The position numbers were made by a program, and so were the translations under genes. The notes below the pieces were generated by a model that was not told the origin of the DNA, did no database searches, and was given only the letters and a program-made list of their open reading frames with translations. Below are positions 1 to 6,293 of a DNA stretch of 11,606 nucleotides, in pieces. Origin of the DNA: Phycisphaerae bacterium (lineage in GTDB: Bacteria > Planctomycetota > Phycisphaerae > UBA1845); the NCBI GenBank assembly GCA_041480905.1, contig JBGPAW010000076.1, positions 1-11,606 of the forward strand, given 5' to 3'. How positions within the stretch are numbered: the stretch's first letter is position 1; every line of letters begins with the position of its first letter.

Positions 1-153
1 CCCGCAATCGACACCCCCACCTGCCCAAGGTGCGGTTCGGGGATGGTGTTGCGGACCGCTGGTAAGGGCCCGAACGCTGGATCGCAGTTCTACGGGTGTT
101 CACGGTTTCCCCAATGCCGCGGCATCCTCAAGCTTGAACCCGGCACTTTGTGA
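1..153 (+). CDS. Partial CDS, C-terminal fragment only. It ends with a C4 zinc ribbon of the topoisomerase DNA-binding type (CPRCG...FYGCSRFPQCRG). The N-terminus lies upstream of the window.
   Basis: Frame 1 translates to PAIDTPTCPRCGSGMVLRTAGKGPNAGSQFYGCSRFPQCRGILKLEPGTL* with a TGA stop at 151-153. The CPxCG...MV.R...G....FYGCS.FP.C.G spacing matches the zf-C4 topoisomerase-type ribbon, which commonly forms the C-terminal tail of NERD, restriction-endonuclease-like or DUF2726 nuclease proteins. Confidence 0.55.
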   Translation, partial: PAIDTPTCPRCGSGMVLRTAGKGPNAGSQFYGCSRFPQCRGILKLEPGTL

Positions 154-240
154 GAAGTCGAACATAAATCGGGCGGGGCGAGAACCGGCGTAGGACGTGA
201 AGAAGAAGATCGTCGCCGCCTGCCGGAAAGCAGGGCTGGG

Positions 241-262
241 TGCATGATGATGCACATCATGC
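241..262. promoter_or_regulatory. Perfect 8-bp inverted repeat GCATGATG-N5-CATCATGC, with a nested TGCAT/ATGCA palindrome. It lies immediately upstream of the HEPN-like gene's RBS and start. Candidate operator.
   Basis: Read directly: 242-249 gcatgatg, spacer atgca, 255-262 catcatgc is the exact reverse complement. It is followed by AGGAGA (267-272) and ATG at 276. Confidence 0.3.
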
Positions 263-275
263 TGACAGGAGACGG

Positions 276-1112
276 ATGACCATGCCTGACGATTCGGTGA
301 CAGACGGCAAGCTCGCGTGGATCGGCCTTCGGCAAATGCAGTCGCTTCGGGACGCCCTGGTTTGGAGTCTTGCGGGTTACGCGGTGGACCAAGCGGCGAT
401 TGGGGACTGGCTCCAACAACAGGGCCTCGACAACGTACTCACCGGGGGGGGGCCTTCGCTGATTGCAGTCATCCACTCCGCCATACACGACCGTCGGAAG
501 AGCCTTCTGGGTGCCGATGCTGACACGGCGATTCAGCGGGAACGGCGTGCTGCACATCCGGACACCGAGGATGTTGGGGCCGACCGAGGCGGGGCACGGT
601 GGGCACTTGCTGCGAATTTCTGCATCACATCGGCATTCCTTCGGCTGCTCGGTGCATGGGAGCAATATGAACTCGATGTGCTAAAGGCACTAGTACATTA
701 TCGCCCGACGGGGGAGGCCCTCGGGCCTCCGGCAGAGCGGATGCTCATTGAACCCGATCTCGCCGTCGTGCACGAAGAGCCGGTCCCGGACACCTCTCCG
801 CCGGACGAACGAACATACGTGCTCACGCCGCAATGGACACAAATAAGAAAAAAGGTGAAGTACAACGACAAGCGGCGTAAGTACCTTCTCGATCATTTCC
901 AGATAGAGACGATTCCGGGGGCAGATGCCGAAACAAAAAACGAAAATGACGAATGGCGGAATCGCTGGTACGAACAGCGGAACCGCATCGCTCACGGTAG
1001 GGCGAACGTCACAATGACCTTGTCCGAGTACGTGAACGCGGACGTCTTTATCTATCGTTCTGTGATTTTTGTGGCGGAACAATGCCGTGAGAAACACAGT
1101 CTCTTGGTGTAA
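276..1112 (+). CDS. Hypothetical protein with a C-terminal HEPN-like motif (RNRIAHG). Candidate Abi-like or HEPN RNase. The N-terminal ~190 aa are of unknown function.
   Basis: Long + strand ORF with a TAA stop at 1110-1112. An AGGAGA RBS sits 3 nt before ATG 276; alternative starts are GTG 240 and ATG 282. An Rx4H motif of the R-N-x-x-A-H-G type is encoded at 978-998 in a predicted helical C-terminal segment (EWRNRWYEQRNRIAHGRANVTMTLSEYV), typical of HEPN/Abi-like nucleases. GC3 is high in the N-terminal part. The last ~90 codons are AT-rich. Confidence 0.5.
   Translation: MTMPDDSVTDGKLAWIGLRQMQSLRDALVWSLAGYAVDQAAIGDWLQQQGLDNVLTGGGPSLIAVIHSAIHDRRKSLLGADADTAIQRERRAAHPDTEDVGADRGGARWALAANFCITSAFLRLLGAWEQYELDVLKALVHYRPTGEALGPPAERMLIEPDLAVVHEEPVPDTSPPDERTYVLTPQWTQIRKKVKYNDKRRKYLLDHFQIETIPGADAETKNENDEWRNRWYEQRNRIAHGRANVTMTLSEYVNADVFIYRSVIFVAEQCREKHSLLV
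444..452 (+). repeat. G9 homopolymer tract inside the HEPN-like CDS. It encodes the Gly-Gly-Gly of LTGGGPSL.
   Basis: Counted directly: acc ggg ggg ggg cct at 441-455. Confidence 0.9.
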
Positions 1113-1253
1113 CGTCGAGGTTTGGAAGCGTTATGTGGCCACCGCCGCTCGCAAGGCGGGCGTCGACAGCCCGTACGTGTTTGGGCCGCCCTGGTAGGGG
1201 GAGTCATCCGACGGCGGGCGGACTACGTAAACAACACACAAGAGGAGCCCCGG

Positions 1254-1670
1254 ATGGCAAGGAATGCCCGCGGAAGAATCTGGATGCGGGTCCCGACCGC
1301 CGCCGACATCGACCAACTGCGAAGCCTACTCGCGGCGAAGGGCACGACGTGGGACGCGTGGGAGTACAAGCTGCATCGGGGTAACATCATCATTTCGTCG
1401 CCAGTCACGCCGTGGGACTCCGCAACTGGCGGGTATGACCGGTCGCGGCGACGAATGGCGAAGCACCTGCGGATCGTACCGGTTCCTGGTGGACCGTTCG
1501 GAATTGAGTACATGCGGCACACGGGCCGGTGGTTCCCCCTCGGGGCGGGCATCGGGGACCTCGTGACCCTCGCCGACTTCATTGCGGACGACCCGTGCGG
1601 CGCGTGCCGCCCGCTGGACCCGCCCGACGCGGAACAGCCGCGGCTGAAGTACTGCCCGCCATCGGAGTGA
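1254..1670 (+). CDS. Hypothetical protein, 138 aa, no recognisable domain.
   Basis: High-GC3 ORF. A GAGGAG RBS (1243-1248) sits 5 nt upstream of ATG 1254. The open frame extends upstream to TTG 1122 (alternative start). The TGA stop at 1668-1670 lies inside the GGAG RBS context of the next gene. Confidence 0.5.
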   Translation: MARNARGRIWMRVPTAADIDQLRSLLAAKGTTWDAWEYKLHRGNIIISSPVTPWDSATGGYDRSRRRMAKHLRIVPVPGGPFGIEYMRHTGRWFPLGAGIGDLVTLADFIADDPCGACRPLDPPDAEQPRLKYCPPSE

Positions 1671-1673
1671 ACC

Positions 1674-2090
1674 GTGCCCAAGCCAGCGAAAAGGCCGAGC
1701 AAGCCTGCCCTGAATCCCTCGCCGCTCCGCGAGGTGGTCGGTGACGAGATCTACAACGTCTGGGTCAAGATGCTCAAACGGCTCGTGCCTGACGGCCGAA
1801 CGCATCGTCTTTCCATGTTGGTGGCGTCCATGCTGGCGTACGCTTCGAGCATCGCCGGTTGCCGCCGAACCAGCGAAGACGAGAACGATCCGGCATATCC
1901 ACTGCTGGCGGCATCCGACGGGATGGACGACGAGGCGGCGTTCCGCCTGCTCACGCCCATGCTCACCCGGTTGTTCAAGGACGCCAAGGTCAAGCCCGAG
2001 CGGGTGAGCAGCCGCGGCGAGCAATACAGCATCGCGTGGGAGGCCACGATCGAATTCTGCCGGTGGTACAACTATCCGTGGGAGGGGTAG
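1674..2090 (+). CDS. Hypothetical protein, 138 aa. It has a Pro/Lys-rich basic N-terminal tail (MPKPAKRPSKPALNPSPL) and an acidic segment, and is possibly nucleic-acid binding. Translationally coupled to the preceding ORF.
   Basis: GTG start at 1674, 7 nt after GGAG (1663-1666) and 3 nt after the upstream stop. GC3 is high. TAG stop at 2088-2090. Confidence 0.5.
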   Translation: MPKPAKRPSKPALNPSPLREVVGDEIYNVWVKMLKRLVPDGRTHRLSMLVASMLAYASSIAGCRRTSEDENDPAYPLLAASDGMDDEAAFRLLTPMLTRLFKDAKVKPERVSSRGEQYSIAWEATIEFCRWYNYPWEG

Positions 2091-2264
2091 GCGACGACGG
2101 CGACGGGGTTGTACAGGCTTACTAATACAGCACATGTTTCCGAAAACTCAACGGAAAATTCCTGGATATTGCAATAATCACATGCCTACACATGGGGACC
2201 CAGAACCCGCCCGCAGCCTCGTCAGGATAAGCACTTACGTCAAAACCTCAGCAGGAACTTCGGC

Positions 2265-4205
2265 CTAGGCTGAGCGGCCTTTCTTGGCGGTCTCACGCGC
2301 CTCGGCGGCAGGCCGCGATTCCGCGGATTCCACCGCCTCGACGGACTCGCGTAAGGCAGCTTCGGCGGTCTCGGGTTCCACGTCGATGCCGGTGATCTTC
2401 TTCACCGCAGCAGACAGGGTGGCGCCCAGACCCGAGAAGCCTTTGGCCGCCGCCTCCCGAAGGCCGGGTGGGAGCGACTTCCCCAGACCGTCCGCGAACA
2501 TGCCGAACGCCTGCCCTTGGTAGAACGCCGTGGACATCCGCTGCACCGCGGTCGGATCGCCCCACAGGGTCAGGTGCGCGTTGGCCAAGGCGTGCCCGAA
2601 GGCCTGCGCCGCCGCGATCCGCGCATCTTTCTCGGCCGCGATCTTGGCCAACTCGACTTGCAGCTCGCGGGCGATCTTCTCGAAGCGGGCCTGACCCTCC
2701 AAGTCGCGGATCTTCACGGTGACCTGCGCGTCCTGCACCTTGACCTGCTCCTGGGCGACGTTAACGGGCACCATCTGAACCGCTCGTGCGGCGTCGGCCT
2801 CTAAGAACTTGGCCTTCTTCTCTGCATCGGCGAGGGTGATGCGTGCGTTCGCCTGCTTCTCGGCTGCGGTCTGCTCGCCCTCGGCCTTTTTGACCTGGGT
2901 GTAAGCGGCGACCTCCGCGTGCATCTGCTGCTCGATCCGCTGCTGCTCGACCTCCGCCTGCTTGGCGATGACGGCCTTCTCCTTTTCGCGTTCCGCCGTC
3001 GCGCGAACCTGGACGGTGAGGACGCCCTGTTCCGCCGCCTTGCGCTCCTGTTCGGTGGTAAGTTGCTCTGCCTCGGCGGCCGCCCGCCGCTTCTCCGCCT
3101 CGGCGATGACGATCTGCTGCTCCCGCCGGGTGAGTTCGACCGCCCTTTCCCGGGCCACGCCGGCCACTTGAGCGGCCTGTTCGCGCTCCTGATCGGCGAC
3201 CTGAACGGCCCGGCTCTGCTCCACGGTGGCGAGCTTGACATCGCGCTCGGCTTCCACGCGGGCGACGCCGGCCAACTTGCTCTGCTGGGCGGCAACCGTG
3301 GCCGCTTTCTGCTGGTTTTCGGCCACGGCGATGTTCTTGGCCGACTCGGCTTCCGCCTTGGCCCGCGCCTCGATGACCTCCTGCTGGGCGACGTACTGGG
3401 CGGTCTTGACGTTCTGCTGCTTGACCTTCTGGTCCGCGTCTCGCTCGATCTCATTTCGCGCCACGCGCTGGGCCTGCACCTGCTCGGCGATGGTCCGCGC
3501 CCCCTGGGCGTCGAAGACGTTCTCCTGCGGGCGCATGGCGTCCAGTGGGGCCTGGTCCAGGCTCGAAATCGTGACCGATTCGAGGGTCAATCCGTTCGAC
3601 CTGAGGTCTTGCTCGACGATCTTCTGCACGGCCTCGGCGAACTCGGCCCGCTTGGCGTTGAGATCATAGAGCTTCTGCGTCGCGGCGACCGTACGCAGCG
3701 CCGACACCAGCTTCTCGAAGATGAGTTGCTGGACGGCCGCCGGGTTGCTCGAGGTCACGCCCAGGGAGGTGGCCGCCTGAACGATATCCACAGGCTCTTT
3801 GAGCACGCGCACGTAAAAGACGGCCGTGACATCCGCGCGCAGAAAGTCGGCGGTGATCAGCGCCTCCGGTCCGGTGCGGTTCACCTCCAGCTTGAAGGTC
3901 TTGAGCGAGACCGGGATGATCTCATGGAGCACCGGAATGACGATGGCGCCGCCGTCGATGATACACTTGCGCCCGCCCCCCCCGGTCCGCACGAACGCCT
4001 CATCGGCGGAGGTCTTGTGGTAAAGTCGGGAGATCACCAACAGCACGCCCACGCCGATGATCACGATTAGGCCGAAGGCCATCAGGATGATCTGCGACTT
4101 CCAGGAAAGGTTCAGGCCTGGAATAATGGGGCTCAGCAGCAGAGCCAATCCGAACATAATGAGCACAAAGAGAATGCCGGCCATCGACGAGCTCTTCTGG
4201 GACAT
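2265..4205 (-). CDS. yqiK: Flotillin-like SPFH (band-7) domain membrane protein of the YqiK/FloT family. It has an N-terminal TM hairpin, an SPFH domain and a ~350-aa Glu/Ala/Gln-rich coiled coil.
   Basis: The N-terminus (EAFVRTGGGGRKCIIDGGAIVIPVLHEIIPVSLKTFKLEV) aligns in my memory with E. coli YqiK / B. subtilis FloT SPFH cores. A long EA-repeat coiled coil follows, which is the flotillin hallmark. Start ATG at 4205 with an AAAGGAAAT RBS. The six-frame ORF extends to 4403, but that upstream extension lacks an RBS. Confidence 0.8.
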   Translation of the reverse strand: MSQKSSSMAGILFVLIMFGLALLLSPIIPGLNLSWKSQIILMAFGLIVIIGVGVLLVISRLYHKTSADEAFVRTGGGGRKCIIDGGAIVIPVLHEIIPVSLKTFKLEVNRTGPEALITADFLRADVTAVFYVRVLKEPVDIVQAATSLGVTSSNPAAVQQLIFEKLVSALRTVAATQKLYDLNAKRAEFAEAVQKIVEQDLRSNGLTLESVTISSLDQAPLDAMRPQENVFDAQGARTIAEQVQAQRVARNEIERDADQKVKQQNVKTAQYVAQQEVIEARAKAEAESAKNIAVAENQQKAATVAAQQSKLAGVARVEAERDVKLATVEQSRAVQVADQEREQAAQVAGVARERAVELTRREQQIVIAEAEKRRAAAEAEQLTTEQERKAAEQGVLTVQVRATAEREKEKAVIAKQAEVEQQRIEQQMHAEVAAYTQVKKAEGEQTAAEKQANARITLADAEKKAKFLEADAARAVQMVPVNVAQEQVKVQDAQVTVKIRDLEGQARFEKIARELQVELAKIAAEKDARIAAAQAFGHALANAHLTLWGDPTAVQRMSTAFYQGQAFGMFADGLGKSLPPGLREAAAKGFSGLGATLSAAVKKITGIDVEPETAEAALRESVEAVESAESRPAAEARETAKKGRSA

Positions 4206-4317
4206 TGGATTTCCTTTCTCGGGTGCCGATTCCTGTAACATCCCCGTATCCTCAGTGACCTTGGGTCGGGGACGAATGGGTGGCAGAATCATTTTCGTTC
4301 TCCCGGCAGGCGGCCGT

Positions 4318-5055
4318 TCAGCCGCCGGTATCGCTTTCCACAAGAAAAACCCGCGCCGCCGCATTGTAACGCAGGAGCACCACGGTAGTTCCCGCCGGAA
4401 CACTCTTCACGCCGGGCCTGACGTGGCAGGATACGTCGTGGAGGTTGTTGCGCTCGTCGCAGAGCCGCACCATCCCGGAACTCTCCGTCACCTCGTAGAG
4501 CACCTCGCCTTTCAGGCCCACCAGGTCACGCTCCGGCGTGTAGTACGACGCGACGGAGGGAAGAAGCCTCGAGATTCCGGCGGCGAGGTAACGGGTCACC
4601 AGTACGGCAGCGCCGGCCGCCACGCCGATCGCCGTCCAGATGGAATCCTTGCCGAATACCGTGACGCCGGCGAGTCCGACCGCCCCCCACACAAAGCAGT
4701 AGCTCATCATCAGGATCGAGATGGGCACTTTGCCGATGCCCAGGAAGCCGAGAAAAGCCGCCAACGCGCTGGGGTGCAATTCGAGATGCAGGTCGGTATG
4801 GGCCGTGGGCACTTCGTGATCGGCGCCCACGCCGTGGCCGAGGTCGGCGCCGTGACCCACCTCGACCCCGTGATCCAAATCCGCGTCGTGGTCGAAGTCG
4901 GCGCCGGCCTCCACGGACACGTCCGCGTCGCCGCCCACGTCGGTATCGCCACTCTCTCCTCCAGACGGCGCCCCAAGGGCCATGAGCACCAGGTACAAAG
5001 CACCTAACCCGATCGGCAGCAAGAAGATCAGGTTTTGCCATTCCAGGAGTTGCAT
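4318..5055 (-). CDS. yqiJ: NfeD-like / YqiJ-like inner-membrane protein, the usual partner of flotillin. It has 3 TM segments, a C-terminal OB-fold beta-barrel, and an unusual Asp/His-rich loop between TM1 and TM2.
   Basis: Start ATG at 5055 with a GAGGAG RBS 7 nt upstream. TM1 is LIFLLPIGLGALYLVLMAL. The C-terminal segment GEVLYEVTESSGMVRLCDE...TTVVLLRYNAAARVFLV is typical of the NfeD short-form beta-barrel. Its position directly upstream of a flotillin gene on the same strand is conserved yqiJK operon synteny. Confidence 0.7.
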   Translation of the reverse strand: MQLLEWQNLIFLLPIGLGALYLVLMALGAPSGGESGDTDVGGDADVSVEAGADFDHDADLDHGVEVGHGADLGHGVGADHEVPTAHTDLHLELHPSALAAFLGFLGIGKVPISILMMSYCFVWGAVGLAGVTVFGKDSIWTAIGVAAGAAVLVTRYLAAGISRLLPSVASYYTPERDLVGLKGEVLYEVTESSGMVRLCDERNNLHDVSCHVRPGVKSVPAGTTVVLLRYNAAARVFLVESDTGG

Positions 5056-5382
5056 CGCCGGCACTCCTCTCAAAAGGATCGCGTTTCGTTCCGCGGACGC
5101 CGTTTGACGACGCCGCTGCCCAGGCACCGCGGATGTGGGTACGCAAAGGTATACTAACCGCCGGACCGGGTGCCCGGAAGTCCCCACCGGATCAATTTCT
5201 GGGGCCGACCCGCCGCCCTCCGCTGGTCCGCAGCGCTCGGGGCCGGGTACATCGTCTCCCTGTTCAGAACCAGCGCTTCACCCCCCTATTCGTAGTGGTC
5301 TATGAAGTATTTTTGTAACAGGCTGGACGTGCCGGCCGCGTAAAATCCGTTTCTCCCGCCTATTCTTCCCGCGCTGCCCATC

Positions 5383-6066
5383 TTACGACCCCCGCTTCTC
5401 GGACAGCAGATGGGCTTGATGGGGATGCTCCCCCCGCCAGGCCACCTTTCCGCTCTCCACGTCGTAAAGGGCCCCGACCACTTTGAGGGTTCCCGCCCCG
5501 ACCCGGTTCCGCACCGTCGTGCTGCCCCGCATCAGGTCCTCGATGCTCTGCCAAATGTTGGCCTTGATCGCCTTGAGAACCAGTTCCCGACCGCGCAGCT
5601 CCGGGTGCCTCTGTTGGGCGCGGGCGACCGCGGCCTCGATCGTTCGGGCCAGGGGCCGCGCATTCCAGGGCAGGTCGGCTCCGGTGGCCACCGCCGTGAC
5701 CGCAGCACATTGCGTGTGCCCGAGCACGACCACCAAGGGCGTGCCCAGGTGTTCCACCGCGAATTCAATCGAGCCGATCTCATCCGCGTCGCACACGTTG
5801 CCCGCGACGCGTATCACGTAGAGGTCGCCGATGCCCTGATCGAACACCAGTTCCACCGGGACGCGTGAGTCACAGCAACCGAGGATCGTCGCAAAGGGAT
5901 GCTGTCCGTTCTTGGCGGTCTCGTAAATCCGTGTAGGCGTGCTCCGGGGATGCCAGTTCGCCCCCAGCACGAAACGGTCATTGCCTTCCTGGAGCGCCTT
6001 GAGTGCTTCTTCCGGGCCGAGCGTCGGCCCCGCGCCTTCCGCGAACTTGCCCTGCGCACCACTCAT
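5383..6066 (-). CDS. Beta-class carbonic anhydrase.
   Basis: Zn-ligand motifs CxDSR (ILGCCDSRVP) and HxxCG-like (VVLGHTQCAAV) are present in the correct spacing. Start ATG at 6066, 8 nt after GGGAGAGG. TAA stop at 5383-5385. Confidence 0.85.
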   Translation of the reverse strand: MSGAQGKFAEGAGPTLGPEEALKALQEGNDRFVLGANWHPRSTPTRIYETAKNGQHPFATILGCCDSRVPVELVFDQGIGDLYVIRVAGNVCDADEIGSIEFAVEHLGTPLVVVLGHTQCAAVTAVATGADLPWNARPLARTIEAAVARAQQRHPELRGRELVLKAIKANIWQSIEDLMRGSTTVRNRVGAGTLKVVGALYDVESGKVAWRGEHPHQAHLLSEKRGS

Positions 6067-6129
6067 GGAAGGTTCCTCTCCCACGTATCTGTCGTTCTGT
6101 CAACGACCTTGCTGGGGGTGGCGTAGTCG

Positions 6130-6192
6130 CGGGAGGGCGAGCCTCCCGGCGAGCCGGAGAGAAGAGGCTCGGCAGGAGCCTCGCCCTCCGGG
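6130..6192. repeat. GC-rich compound palindrome able to form a long imperfect hairpin or several alternative hairpins. Intergenic between the dehydrogenase stop and the carbonic anhydrase start. It has no U-tract, so it is not a canonical terminator.
   Basis: 6132-6146 ggagggcgagcctcc pairs with 6174-6188 ggagcctcgccctcc in 14 of 15 positions. Nested hairpins: cgggagg/cctcccg (6130-6148), gagcc/ggctc (6151-6169) and gaggctc/gagcctc (6164-6182). Confidence 0.35.
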
Positions 6193-6293
6193 TCAAACGC
6201 GCCCGTTTAGCGTTGACGGAGTCGTAGGTTCCGTAGGACCGGCTTTCCGGCCGGTCACCTCTCCACGTACGGGTATTCGCCGACGGGCCGCCT

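Noticed and set aside
90-665. 191-aa minus-strand ORF overlapping the Zn-ribbon fragment and the HEPN-like gene start.
   Set aside because: It is Arg/Pro-rich junk-like sequence antisense to frames with much better coding signals. It also crosses the intergenic region containing the palindrome and RBS.
1326-2135. 269-aa minus-strand ORF spanning both small + strand genes.
   Set aside because: Composition is Arg-rich (RRRRRL, RAARAARVVR). The + strand ORFs have RBS-supported, translationally coupled starts and high GC3, so the minus ORF is the antisense shadow.
876-2240. Possible terminal inverted repeats (cgtaagt at 878-884 and acttacg at 2233-2239) joining the two AT-rich patches as ends of a mobile element.
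   Set aside because: Only a 7-mer matches, which is expected by chance at this window size. No transposase or extended TIR is present.
2919-4070. 383-aa + strand ORF (Leu/Asp/Gly/Arg-rich) antisense to the flotillin gene, with further + ORFs at 2284-2804, 3226-3669 and 4057-5007.
   Set aside because: These mirror the codon-biased, repeat-rich coiled-coil gene on the opposite strand. They have low-complexity composition and no RBS-supported starts, which makes them typical antisense open frames in high-GC DNA.
5133-5318. 61-aa + ORF in the long nfeD leader.
   Set aside because: It has no RBS and a low-complexity translation. It is more plausibly non-coding leader or promoter sequence for the minus-strand nfeD-flotillin operon.
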